The notes beneath the pieces are model-generated. The model made no database searches, was not told where the DNA came from, and saw only the letters and a list, made by a program, of their open reading frames with translations. Of a stretch of 64,000 nt of DNA, positions 25,164 to 35,064 are shown in pieces. Where the stretch lies: IMG/VR virus record IMGVR_UViG_3300017913_001781, positions 1 through 64,000 of that record. One strand, given 5' to 3'. Position 1 is the first letter of the stretch. Every line of letters begins with the position of its first letter. Made by a program: the position numbers and the translations under genes. The stretch comes from a virus. Taxonomy: Duplodnaviria > Caudoviricetes.

Positions 25164-25189
25164 AAACTTTTAAAAGAGTCTATGTATAA
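25164..25189 (+). promoter_or_regulatory. Putative promoter AAAC-N17-TATAA
   Basis: Upstream of the dCMP deaminase gene. Confidence 0.5.
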
Positions 25190-25207
25190 TTTACATAGAC
25201 TCTTTTA
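25171..25207. terminator. Perfect 16-bp inverted repeat (terminator or operator)
   Basis: TAAAAGAGTCTATGTA-TAATT-TACATAGACTCTTTTA. Confidence 0.7.
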
Positions 25208-25209
25208 GT

Positions 25210-25644
25210 ATGCCTAGAATTCCTATAGATAAAATTTATATGCAGATGGCTTATCAAACTGCAAAGTTAAGCTATGCTGAGCGCCGAAAGGTTGGATGTA
25301 TCATTGTAAAAGATGAACAAATAGTTTCATTTGGATATAATGGAACACCGCATGGATTTGATAATAAATGTGAAAGACATGAGGGCGATAAGTTGGTAAC
25401 TAAAAACGAGGTATTGCACGCTGAATCTAATGCTATTACCAAATTAGCTAAAAGCACACTAACGAGTGTTGGTGCAGATTTATACACCACAACTATGCCA
25501 TGTTATGGTTGTTCTAAGCTTATTATTCAAGCTGGAATTAAGCGTGTATTTTATTCTGAAGATTATAGAGATAGATCTGGTATAGAACTTCTTGAGAATG
25601 CAGGTGTTGAAGTTTATGAAGTAATTTGCTGGAATAATCAATGA
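25210..25644 (+). CDS. dCMP deaminase
   Basis: KVGCII, GYNGTPHG, HAESNAI, PCYGC. Confidence 0.93.
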   Translation: MPRIPIDKIYMQMAYQTAKLSYAERRKVGCIIVKDEQIVSFGYNGTPHGFDNKCERHEGDKLVTKNEVLHAESNAITKLAKSTLTSVGADLYTTTMPCYGCSKLIIQAGIKRVFYSEDYRDRSGIELLENAGVEVYEVICWNNQ

Positions 25645-27374
25645 ATATATCTGAAATTATCGATCAAGCATTAGATGAAAATGCATTTGGTTTTAACTTT
25701 AAGTTTAGGAGCAATCAACGAGAAACTGTTGAAGCTATATGTCAAGCATACCTTAACGATCCAAATTCTACCGTTATCTTAGATGCGCCAACTGGAACAG
25801 GCAAATCTATTATTGCCATGTGGTGTTCATATATTCTTAAAGAGTTGGGTAATAGAGGTTACCTTATAACTTCCGATCTTATGCTTCAAGAGCAATATGA
25901 GAAAGACATTAAAGAATTTAAACTTGATTGGGCCTCTATTAAAGGAGTTGATAACTATGAATGTGTGGTTAATGAATTACCTTTTAGTTTAGGAGAATGT
26001 AAGTTTAAGGGCATGAGTTATGAGCAAGCTGAAAAACTTAGTTGTTTTAACTCATGTGGATATCTACAAAATCGTAGAAAGGCGATTGATCTGCCTGTCT
26101 CTCTTCTTAATTATAGTTATTGGCTTATTCAACGAAACTACGTTGAGACTAAGATGATTGGTGAGGAAAGACCCGTTCCTTTTGAAAAAAGAGATTTTAC
26201 TTTCTTTGACGAAGCTCATAAAATCGACGATATTATTCAAGGGCATTTTAGCCCGCGAATACAAGAAGATATTATTGATCGTGTTATGGAAGTTAATAGA
26301 TTTGCATCGCGACAAGGTATAGCTGAGAACGTCTTTACTAAAAATAAAATTAAGACGCTAGTTTTAGACATGTTGAATGGAAATAAAGAAGTTGCTTTTC
26401 AAGCTCTAAAAGATTTTGAAAGAGTCTTGTTTCTGTTTGGTAAGATGCGGCAGGCTGGTAATAAAACGGTCAAGCGCCGCTACGGTAATGAGTCGGTGCC
26501 CAAAGATTGGCAAAAAGCCTTTGGTACATTCGATCATTTAAAAGACGTACACTGTAAGGCAGAGGACTATATAGATTTGATCGAAGAGGTTGGCATTGAT
26601 AAAATAGTGTTAGATCAAAAGGACAACGAGGTGACCTTTAAGTGCGTCGAGGAGGCTCTTATGATTGAGAAGTTCTTGCAAAAGAAAGCTGGTTTTAAAG
26701 TCTTTATGTCAGCTACAATTGGAGATGTACGATCATTTGCAAAGCATATGAAAATAGATGGCGCTAAAGTTATTCGCTTAGATAATCAATTTGATTTTGA
26801 GAAGTCACCTATTGTGTTTATCAATAGACATAAGCTTTCGTTTAAGGAGCGAGAAGATAACTTACCTAAAGTTATTGAGATCGTAGATAAGATATTGGAT
26901 AAACATAAGGACCAGAGCGGTATTATTCATACAGGCTCATATCAATTTGCTGATTATATAGCATCTAAGTCTAAGCATAGATTTGGCAGATTTATTACAT
27001 ATGATTATGCTAAAGAAAGAAATGGAGCTATAGATCTTTTTAAAGGAGTTATGGCTGATAAAAATAAAGTCTTGATAGGACCTTCCTTATTAGAAGGTCT
27101 TGACTTTAAAGATGATGTGTCTAGATTTCAAATTTTTTTTAAAGTACCATATCCCTCATTGAAGGATCCGCTAGTCAAAGCAAAAATCAATCAGTTTCCA
27201 GATTGGTATGATTGGAAAACTGGCATTTCTATACAACAGGGATCTGGTCGATCGATTAGGTCTAATAAAGATTGGGCGGTTACATATGTGGTGGACGCTT
27301 GCTTTAGAAGCTTGATAAATAAGCCAGATTTATTTCCACCTAGTTTCAAACAACGTATTAAAACAATTAAATAA
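25641..27374 (+). CDS. DinG/XPD-like SF2 helicase
   Basis: DAPTGTGKS, Cys cluster (putative Fe-S), DEAH, MSAT, EGLDF, KVPYP, QGSGRSIRS. Confidence 0.88.
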   Translation: MNISEIIDQALDENAFGFNFKFRSNQRETVEAICQAYLNDPNSTVILDAPTGTGKSIIAMWCSYILKELGNRGYLITSDLMLQEQYEKDIKEFKLDWASIKGVDNYECVVNELPFSLGECKFKGMSYEQAEKLSCFNSCGYLQNRRKAIDLPVSLLNYSYWLIQRNYVETKMIGEERPVPFEKRDFTFFDEAHKIDDIIQGHFSPRIQEDIIDRVMEVNRFASRQGIAENVFTKNKIKTLVLDMLNGNKEVAFQALKDFERVLFLFGKMRQAGNKTVKRRYGNESVPKDWQKAFGTFDHLKDVHCKAEDYIDLIEEVGIDKIVLDQKDNEVTFKCVEEALMIEKFLQKKAGFKVFMSATIGDVRSFAKHMKIDGAKVIRLDNQFDFEKSPIVFINRHKLSFKEREDNLPKVIEIVDKILDKHKDQSGIIHTGSYQFADYIASKSKHRFGRFITYDYAKERNGAIDLFKGVMADKNKVLIGPSLLEGLDFKDDVSRFQIFFKVPYPSLKDPLVKAKINQFPDWYDWKTGISIQQGSGRSIRSNKDWAVTYVVDACFRSLINKPDLFPPSFKQRIKTIK

Positions 27375-27592
27375 TGGGATTCAATAAACTTTTTGTTCCT
27401 TCCGTTGATTCATTAAAGGAGGAGCTATTAGCTAAGGGAAACGAACAATTCTTTAAAGATTGGTCAAGGCGATATGTTAAGGCCGATGCAGTCTTAGGAT
27501 CAGAAGAAGCTATAGATTTTATTAAACAATTTATAGCAGGAGAGTATGATATAGAGGAAAGTAGTTCGTTTAGTAATGAACCTGCGAAATAA
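27374..27592 (+). CDS. Hypothetical protein
   Basis: TAATG-coupled ORF. Confidence 0.6.
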   Translation: MGFNKLFVPSVDSLKEELLAKGNEQFFKDWSRRYVKADAVLGSEEAIDFIKQFIAGEYDIEESSSFSNEPAK

Positions 27593-28187
27593 TCTATATA
27601 AATTATTTAGAATGATGGCAACAAAACAAAAAGAGCCCGGAATCTTCATATGGACGAAGAGCGAACGAGCGGGTCAAGTCGTAACTGAAGACATAGAGAA
27701 AGTCGATAGGCAATGGCTTTATTTTACAGACGGTTCACGAATCAATAAAAGTCTAATTAATGAATATACATTAAGAGCTTCATCATTAGACGAGGCTAAA
27801 AGACTTGCAGAGCCATTAGGTTTAACTACCATGGAAAGGGGTTCAAAACCATCTAAGACTAAAACTAAAGTTGAAGTCAAAGCTGAAACTAAAAAGGTTA
27901 AATCTATACCAGATCCAGTAGTTGAGACTAATGTTATGTTAGAGATGCTTAAAAAAATGAGCAAGAAAAACTCAGCCGATATGCCAGTTAGTGTTAATAT
28001 TCCGTCTAAATCTGTTTATAAGATGCTTAAGGACGAGATGGATTTATCAGAAGAAGAGTTACATGAGAATATTTCACAGCTCATAGAAAGTCAAATAGAT
28101 AACTTAAGAGACCAGTTAAAGTCTCAAATTGAATCATTTACAAAAACTTATTATAATGTCAGAACAAGTTCAGGAAAATCAGAATGA
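27576..28187 (+). CDS. Hypothetical protein
   Basis: ORF in operon; true start may be near 27612. Confidence 0.65.
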   Translation: MNLRNNLYKLFRMMATKQKEPGIFIWTKSERAGQVVTEDIEKVDRQWLYFTDGSRINKSLINEYTLRASSLDEAKRLAEPLGLTTMERGSKPSKTKTKVEVKAETKKVKSIPDPVVETNVMLEMLKKMSKKNSADMPVSVNIPSKSVYKMLKDEMDLSEEELHENISQLIESQIDNLRDQLKSQIESFTKTYYNVRTSSGKSE

Positions 28188-28581
28188 GCAACAGCCTCAG
28201 GTGCAGTTTGCTATGCCAAATCATGCTCAACGCCGTAATATGCTTAGACAGCAAAAGGTCCTTAAACTTAAAAACGAAATGAATGCAATGAGCTCAGCTG
28301 CTGTTGAATTCAGAGAGACTCAAAGAGAAAATGGTCGTAAGATCCACGAAGCAAATCTCGATAGACTAGAACAGCAAACTACTGTTCTTATGGAAGAAAA
28401 ACTAGCAGCCGTCGTATCAGGTTGGCAGACACAGGGTTATAATGAAGAAGAAATTTCTTTTTTGACCGAAGCATGGAAGCTAACTACTTTCAAGAATAAG
28501 AAAACATGGCATGTTGATAAAAAGAAGGCTAGAAAGTTGATGAAACAGGCTGATGAATCAAGAAAACAAAGAAATCAATGA
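28156..28581 (+). CDS. Hypothetical helical protein
   Basis: ORF 28129..28581; ATG at MSEQ (28156) preferred. Confidence 0.65.
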   Translation: MSEQVQENQNEQQPQVQFAMPNHAQRRNMLRQQKVLKLKNEMNAMSSAAVEFRETQRENGRKIHEANLDRLEQQTTVLMEEKLAAVVSGWQTQGYNEEEISFLTEAWKLTTFKNKKTWHVDKKKARKLMKQADESRKQRNQ

Positions 28582-28898
28582 TTACAGTAGCTATAGAACT
28601 AGCTGAGAATGGAGTAATCAAAATCATTCATGACGACAACATTAATGGGGCAGGAGAAGAATTCGAGTCCCGTAAGGTTTTTGATTTTGATGGCATAGAC
28701 AATGTCAACTCTAAGATTACTTTCTTAAATGAACTAGCAATGGACCTGGGTATAGATCTAGGAACTGAGCTAGACCATTCTAAGATTGTAGTTAGATCCG
28801 AGTGGGGATCTAAATATAAGCCCAGTAAGGAATTAGCGGCTGGCAAGATTAAGGAGCTTGAAAAGGAAATTAAGCGCCTAGAAAAATTCACAAAATAA
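28578..28898 (+). CDS. Hypothetical protein
   Basis: ATGA-coupled ORF. Confidence 0.65.
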   Translation: MITVAIELAENGVIKIIHDDNINGAGEEFESRKVFDFDGIDNVNSKITFLNELAMDLGIDLGTELDHSKIVVRSEWGSKYKPSKELAAGKIKELEKEIKRLEKFTK

Positions 28899-28899
28899 T

Positions 28900-29292
28900 A
28901 TGAACTTAAAGATAGATGGTATATGGTGTAAGACTAAGACAGAGTTTAATCGCTATGTAAAAGCAGAAGATTATGACGTTGTGGTGTCTTATTCCGACAT
29001 CTATTCTAGGTTACTTAAAAGTGACCCATACGGTAATGAACCCTCTAATATAATCGTTACATTACATATTGAAAAGATGTTTAGATGTCTTTTAGAAAAA
29101 GAACAGGATTCACATCGAGCAGCATATTTATTCAAAAGCTTGGATCAAGAAACTGTCGATAACTTTAGAGATTTTATAGGTCTGATGTCAGAAGAATATC
29201 AACTAGACTTAACAATTATCAATAGATGTGATTATCCTAAAAGGGGCGTCCTTAGTAAATTTGATAATGTTAAGTTTATAGATAATGATTAA
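28900..29292 (+). CDS. Hypothetical protein
   Basis: ORF in operon. Confidence 0.65.
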   Translation: MNLKIDGIWCKTKTEFNRYVKAEDYDVVVSYSDIYSRLLKSDPYGNEPSNIIVTLHIEKMFRCLLEKEQDSHRAAYLFKSLDQETVDNFRDFIGLMSEEYQLDLTIINRCDYPKRGVLSKFDNVKFIDND

Positions 29293-29881
29293 GCATAAGC
29301 TTTTTTCAAAGGGCGAATATATTCAAGCCCTTATTTCTACATCTCAGCAACCTAACGTTCTTATTCCAGTTAGGTGTATTATTCATGATGTAAAATTTGA
29401 TGATATAAATCCTCAATATCAAATTAAAGTTATCAAGTTTTATGATAACATTTATTTCTTAAAGAAGAATCTTTTTGGCGGTCGTTTCATCAGAAACTTT
29501 AAAGGCTCTGAGACTCGAATGAATTTAGCTAGAAAGAATTACTCTACTGTCGAGGACATAGAGAATAATATTTTTGCAGGTAAAAATTGGGAAAAATACT
29601 TAATAGTTGTAGACTCGGTGTTTTGTGTTAGAACTCGAGGAGAACAAATAGAGTTATTCAATAATTTACAGACTTTCATGATACAAATGAAGATGAAAGA
29701 AATATTTGAATTGGCCAATAGATCGATCTACTCTAAAGGAGAGTTCTTTTTTCAAACAAAGGGGCTTTATGAGAAAGCTTTACGACGATTCTTAGCGGAT
29801 AAGTACCCCAAAGAAAAGGATTGGGTTGATGAGCTCCTATATAGCCCCACGTCTGAAGAGCTCGATGCCACTGAATGGTAA
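29285..29881 (+). CDS. Hypothetical protein
   Basis: ORF in operon. Confidence 0.65.
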   Translation: MIKHKLFSKGEYIQALISTSQQPNVLIPVRCIIHDVKFDDINPQYQIKVIKFYDNIYFLKKNLFGGRFIRNFKGSETRMNLARKNYSTVEDIENNIFAGKNWEKYLIVVDSVFCVRTRGEQIELFNNLQTFMIQMKMKEIFELANRSIYSKGEFFFQTKGLYEKALRRFLADKYPKEKDWVDELLYSPTSEELDATEW

Positions 29882-29916
29882 TTTATAATAAGTTAATCTG
29901 AATGCTAGCGTTGAAA

Positions 29917-29924
29917 GATATATA
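29917..29924 (+). promoter_or_regulatory. Putative late promoter GATATATA
   Basis: Heads the structural gene cluster. Confidence 0.65.
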
Positions 29925-29944
29925 CAAAAAAGAATATCTTTTAT

Positions 29945-31720
29945 ATGGCATCAGTATTTCAGGGCATTAAAGACGGATCTAAAGAATATAGGGATTTAGC
30001 AACCGGTGAAATTAAGACCTTTGGCGATAATTTAGGAGATACGTTTGGTTTGTCACCAGAAGACGCTGAACTGGAAGGGGTTAAACAAGGATCTACAAAT
30101 CTAAATGATCTCAATTTACAAAGCGCTGAAAATCTAAGTTCAATATACAGTGATCCTATTTGGAAAAATAACAGTGGAGGTTTAAGCCCTGCTGGAGAAA
30201 GTGAATCGATTCCTAAAGCTTCAACCGAGCCCATACAGGGTAAGAAATATGTAACTGATGTAAACGGTACTAGTAATAAAGAAACTATAGACCCAGGTAG
30301 AGCTAGACAAAGCGCATTTAGCGGTTGGAGTTTATTTAGATATAAGTCTAAGGCTTTAGGAAATACCGAAGATAATAATAATGTACCTAAATACAACATA
30401 TCAGAATATAAGGATAGCGATATTACGGGTTTAACTAGCCCTACAGCTAAACGAATAGTTAATTGGTCTCAAGAAGAAAAGAATGATGGCTGTGCATATA
30501 GTCTTAGAGATTTTGTACAATGTGAACATTATGGTCTTATTCCAAATAATTATATGGTTACTTTAAGAAGATTTCCATTTCCAGCGCCTGATGATATTTT
30601 TAATCCTAAAACTTTTTCTAGTAAACAGCAAACTTTTGTAGAAACAGGACAGCCTGACATAGCTAGAGCCATAACGTGGATGAGCCCTACATTAGGTAAT
30701 GAACTTAAAGAAATATTTTCTTTTGGTGTAGGATACAGCTGGAAAGACGTAGAGGCTGGAGTTCAAACTGCGCAATCTAGTACAGATCGCGGTAAAGTTG
30801 GTGCGTTTATGGAATCTAATCCAATATTAAAGGCGATAGAAGCTGGAAACGAAGGTCTAGATCCTGTTTCAGCTAGAAGAAAAGAGCAGCTTGGAGCAGG
30901 GTATGATCCTCTACAAAGTACATATCCTAATCACGTTTATGGTCCACTTAATGTCATTAAAAGTATGATGGTTAGAGATAGGGGTATAAATTTTGACAAA
31001 GAATTTACACTTAATTTTTATTACGATCTTAAATCATATGGAAACACAAGTCCTAAGGCTGCATTCCTAGATACCTTATCTAATCTCCTTGTTTTAACGA
31101 GTAACAACGCTCCTTTTTGGGGAGGAGCAACAAGAGGGGTATCTAATGGAAAGATTGGAAAACCATTCGGTGATCTTAGTAAATTAGCCAGCGGTGATTA
31201 TAAAGGCTTTTTTAACGGCGTCATGGACCAGTTTTCTGAAATGGGCTCTAACCTACTTGGAGAAGTAAAAGGACTTCTAGAAAATGGAGAAATGGGCGAT
31301 ATGATGAATAACCTTATTGGCGGTCAGCTTATGGACTTATTTGGCTCTCCTCAAGGCGCCAGTGTATTAAACGCGTTCTTAACAGGAGATCCTACTGGCC
31401 AGTGGCATTTAACAGTTGGTAATCCAATGAATCCAGCAATGGTTATAGGTAATTTAGGCCTACAAAATGCTAAGTTTGAATTTACCGGGCCAATGGGTTA
31501 TGAAGATTTTCCTACTAAGTTAAAGGTAACTGTGACTCTTAAGCCTGGTCGACCAAGAGATAAATCTGAAATCGAAAGTATGTTTAATACCGGAAAGGGT
31601 AGAATGTATATTTTACCAGAAGATTCAAATGGAATTGCATATTATAATAAGTCTGCATATGGTAATAAAGAAATAAATGGAGGATTGGCTGGAAGAGCCT
31701 CTGAATCTGCATTAGGATAA
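29945..31720 (+). CDS. Putative baseplate/tail-tube-initiator protein
   Basis: Position before the gp53-like gene. The C-terminal FPTKLKVTVTLK strand pattern resembles tube-fold proteins; assignment tentative. Confidence 0.45.
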   Translation: MASVFQGIKDGSKEYRDLATGEIKTFGDNLGDTFGLSPEDAELEGVKQGSTNLNDLNLQSAENLSSIYSDPIWKNNSGGLSPAGESESIPKASTEPIQGKKYVTDVNGTSNKETIDPGRARQSAFSGWSLFRYKSKALGNTEDNNNVPKYNISEYKDSDITGLTSPTAKRIVNWSQEEKNDGCAYSLRDFVQCEHYGLIPNNYMVTLRRFPFPAPDDIFNPKTFSSKQQTFVETGQPDIARAITWMSPTLGNELKEIFSFGVGYSWKDVEAGVQTAQSSTDRGKVGAFMESNPILKAIEAGNEGLDPVSARRKEQLGAGYDPLQSTYPNHVYGPLNVIKSMMVRDRGINFDKEFTLNFYYDLKSYGNTSPKAAFLDTLSNLLVLTSNNAPFWGGATRGVSNGKIGKPFGDLSKLASGDYKGFFNGVMDQFSEMGSNLLGEVKGLLENGEMGDMMNNLIGGQLMDLFGSPQGASVLNAFLTGDPTGQWHLTVGNPMNPAMVIGNLGLQNAKFEFTGPMGYEDFPTKLKVTVTLKPGRPRDKSEIESMFNTGKGRMYILPEDSNGIAYYNKSAYGNKEINGGLAGRASESALG

Positions 31721-32298
31721 TGGATTTAAGAACTATTAAAGATAAAGTTGTTGACGGAGTTAAACTAGTTATTGTACAACCTACAATATATTTTACGTTA
31801 AAGGTCCGTGATGCTATTTTGGGGCAAGACTATACTGTAAAAAGAGTAAAACCGTTTCAATCAGGTAGGCCAGACCTAATTGCGCTTGATGAATATGGAG
31901 ATGCTAGTATGGCCGACATTATTCTTAAATTTAATGGCATATCTGATCCATTTTCTGTTTTAGAGGGAGAAAAGATAATGATTCCAAAGATTGATTATCC
32001 CTTTAAAAAATTAGAAAGAATACAGGAAAAAGAAGAAAATACTGTTAAGCAACAATTTGTAGATACTAAAAGATTAAGTAAAAAAGATCAACGTAGAGCT
32101 GAGGCTATGAAAAAGAAATATGATAAAGAGAATCTTTTACCTCCTAATGTAATATCGGTTGGAAATAAAACATTTAAGTTTGAAGCACGTGATATTATAT
32201 TTGGTGCTCAAGCTCAAAATGACGCAGTAGTAGATTCCATTATAAATGATAAATCTAGGCTGAATAAAAAGCGCAATATTTCTAGAAGAACTCGATAA
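31720..32298 (+). CDS. Baseplate wedge protein, T4 gp53/LysM-like
   Basis: RPDLIALDEYGD...IILKFNGISDPF..GEKIMIP. Confidence 0.7.
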   Translation: MDLRTIKDKVVDGVKLVIVQPTIYFTLKVRDAILGQDYTVKRVKPFQSGRPDLIALDEYGDASMADIILKFNGISDPFSVLEGEKIMIPKIDYPFKKLERIQEKEENTVKQQFVDTKRLSKKDQRRAEAMKKKYDKENLLPPNVISVGNKTFKFEARDIIFGAQAQNDAVVDSIINDKSRLNKKRNISRRTR

Positions 32299-32300
32299 AT

Positions 32301-33773
32301 ATGGATTTTAATAGTAACACATATGCAGTTGTTGAACCATCAATAACTCCTACTGAAATTAGGCTTAAATCTATGGGAGAAGAAAATGGAGGATTTAAGC
32401 AAAGCAAAACAGTAGGCGTAAACGAACCATACGTTAGTGTCAATAACTATTCATTTAGTCCTGATGCCATAAGAAATTTTAACTTAAATTGTTCGGGAAC
32501 TATTCCATTTTTAAACATAACAGTCGATGATACTAGAAGTAACTTTTCGGTAGATTCTTTTCCAAGAGATGGAGATGTATTAACATTTATGTTAAGTTCT
32601 AAAAATGAATCTACATTTAAGTCTATACACATGGATTTCGATATATTAAAAGTGGCCAATTTTCCCGCAGACGAAGACGGAACGGTTAGATATAGCTTCT
32701 CGTGTAAAGCAAAAATACCTTTTTTAGATAGCGAAGAATGCAGACACTATGAAGCAGATACTTCTTTATCACATATGGAACAAGAAGCTAAGCATTTAGG
32801 TTTAGGGCTAGTAACCAACATCGATAGTACTATTGACACTCAAGTTAGAATACAACCATATATTTCACATTCAAAATTTATAGATAATATAGTAGAGTCT
32901 TCATACATATCTGATGACGCTTTCCAAAAATGGTTTATAGACCAATATTATTATTTAAACTTTATAGATGTTAATCGCATATTTAATTCTAAAAATATTA
33001 TGTCGATTCAAGAAGCTCAAGATAGTTTGATGTCATTTACTGATCCAATATCTGTCGAAGCAGGATCTAACGATGCAGCTGATAATATGAAAACTAAATT
33101 GGTTTTAACTAATCACTTTAGATTTAAGGGCATGAATAATTACATAAATAAATTTGCTCTTGAAAATAATTCAGCAGCCGTTGTAGCTAATCATGGCCAT
33201 TTTAGAGACGTTCAATTCTATGATGCAACTATAGAAGAATTAAATGAATTTACAGTAGATCCCTTAACTTCTGAAAATATGTTAGATTCAGAAGAACCAT
33301 TAAGGGGTCGCAGAGATGAGGACCGATACTTGGGTCAAATTAAGCATAAATACGTGGGTAAGCAAGACGCCGGAGAAGACGGGATGGGTAATGTGCATCA
33401 AAACTATTCTTTTTCTAAAATACATAATTTTAGAAATAATGAAGAGGCATCTAAAATGAGGCTTAAGCTTACTATGGCATCATTTAACCCCTCTATTTAT
33501 AAGTATCAAAAGATTTCGGTTATAATATACGTATATTCTCAAGAGAAGAAAAAAGCAGAGGCTATTAAAATACAAGAAGCTGAAAAAATGGGCTTTAATG
33601 AAAGAGCATTCAAGGACAAGGGAGAAAATGAACAATCTCGAGTAGATTCATTTTTAAGCGGCAACTACATAATAGAGAATATAGACTATTCATATTCTAA
33701 ATCAAAGGGTATTGTTCAACATGTAACTCTAATAAGAAGAGAATGGCCTACTAGGTATGCAGCTCTTTTGTAA
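32301..33773 (+). CDS. Putative baseplate hub protein (gp27-like)
   Basis: Synteny, and a C-terminal LSGNYIIENIDYSY..QHVTLIRR pattern. Confidence 0.5.
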   Translation: MDFNSNTYAVVEPSITPTEIRLKSMGEENGGFKQSKTVGVNEPYVSVNNYSFSPDAIRNFNLNCSGTIPFLNITVDDTRSNFSVDSFPRDGDVLTFMLSSKNESTFKSIHMDFDILKVANFPADEDGTVRYSFSCKAKIPFLDSEECRHYEADTSLSHMEQEAKHLGLGLVTNIDSTIDTQVRIQPYISHSKFIDNIVESSYISDDAFQKWFIDQYYYLNFIDVNRIFNSKNIMSIQEAQDSLMSFTDPISVEAGSNDAADNMKTKLVLTNHFRFKGMNNYINKFALENNSAAVVANHGHFRDVQFYDATIEELNEFTVDPLTSENMLDSEEPLRGRRDEDRYLGQIKHKYVGKQDAGEDGMGNVHQNYSFSKIHNFRNNEEASKMRLKLTMASFNPSIYKYQKISVIIYVYSQEKKKAEAIKIQEAEKMGFNERAFKDKGENEQSRVDSFLSGNYIIENIDYSYSKSKGIVQHVTLIRREWPTRYAALL

Positions 33774-33789
33774 AGATAATATATAGTAT

Positions 33790-35064
33790 ATGTCAGATTT
33801 TGTATCCATAGATCAATTTAGAAAGGGTAGGTTGCATAATAGAATGCATCAAGATCCTACGTATCTTAGCTTTTTTCTATCATTTGATTGGTATAGCGAA
33901 GAGTCTCCTTTATTTTCAGGGGAAGCAGAACGTTATTTAAGAAATGTAATAGGAGATAATGATAGAGCTGATAAGCTTAAACGTTTTATAAAGATACTTA
34001 AAAAGCTAAATACAGAAATGCCATGGTTTTGGCAATCTATTTCAGGATTAGAAACTACTAAACAGTATAACAAAATGGAAGACCCGTTTAGGGGAGGAAC
34101 TGATAGCAAAATAACTATAACTTGTTTAGAATCAGTTGAATTACCAGTAACAGGCCTTATAGACTTATATAAACAAGCTGCTTATGATTTTTCAAGATGG
34201 GTTGAGGTTATACCTCACAATTTAAGAAGATTTAATATGTATGTTTATGTAAGTGAAGTTAGAGTTTTTAGAACCAATAAAGCTAGTCAGTTTGTAGCCA
34301 ATACAATTGATAGCACCGGTTTATTAGGTACTAAAGATGATGGTCAAGCAAGGGCTTCTAGCTCTATAGTTAATTCTTCATATAACGGTGATATCAGATC
34401 TGTTAAGCCTCACTTTGAAATAGGGCTAAGTCATTGTACATTTGATATTGAATCTACAAATGCGGTTTTTCAAGATTTAAGTAAAAGCCCAGATCAACCT
34501 ATTACGCCATCAATAAGCATTATGTACGAAGGCGTTCATGACCATAAAAGCTATTATGTTAATAGTATTCCAGATGGTAATGAAGATCCAACTAATGGTC
34601 AACTACTCGCACAGGGCGCTAAAGATGCTATAGTTAGTAATGAAGATCCAACTAATGGTCAACTACTCGCACAGGGCGTTAAAGATGCTATAGTTAGTTC
34701 TGTTGCAAATAAAGTAGAAGGAGCTTTACAAAATACACTAGATAACGTTAAGGGTAGATTATTGCTAGGTAATGTATATGGCTTAAATGCAGCTTCTACA
34801 GTTCAAGATGCTATTAGGGCGGGCAGTATAAATGGTATCGCTAATATAGCAAGTCAAATTGGAGCTGACTCCAGACCTCCAGCTTCTCCAGATATTCCGT
34901 CAAACGTATATCCAGATCCCACTCAATTAAAATATGGCCCAGCCGGTAGCATAACTCCCGGTAATATATATGGAGTAGAACCTGCAACTTCTAGCCGGGG
35001 AAAGGATCCTTCGGTTTCTAGAATTCCAAAAGATTTAGGCAACGCAATTGAAAGAAGAGTATGA
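33790..35064 (+). CDS. Putative tail tube/baseplate-associated structural protein
   Basis: Synteny between hub-like and spike genes; AATATATAG motif upstream. Confidence 0.5.
   Translation: MSDFVSIDQFRKGRLHNRMHQDPTYLSFFLSFDWYSEESPLFSGEAERYLRNVIGDNDRADKLKRFIKILKKLNTEMPWFWQSISGLETTKQYNKMEDPFRGGTDSKITITCLESVELPVTGLIDLYKQAAYDFSRWVEVIPHNLRRFNMYVYVSEVRVFRTNKASQFVANTIDSTGLLGTKDDGQARASSSIVNSSYNGDIRSVKPHFEIGLSHCTFDIESTNAVFQDLSKSPDQPITPSISIMYEGVHDHKSYYVNSIPDGNEDPTNGQLLAQGAKDAIVSNEDPTNGQLLAQGVKDAIVSSVANKVEGALQNTLDNVKGRLLLGNVYGLNAASTVQDAIRAGSINGIANIASQIGADSRPPASPDIPSNVYPDPTQLKYGPAGSITPGNIYGVEPATSSRGKDPSVSRIPKDLGNAIERRV
34577..34698 (+). repeat. 60-nt in-frame tandem duplication
   Basis: NEDPTNGQLLAQG(A/V)KDAIVS occurs twice with one nucleotide mismatch (34619 vs 34679). 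Confidence 0.95.
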
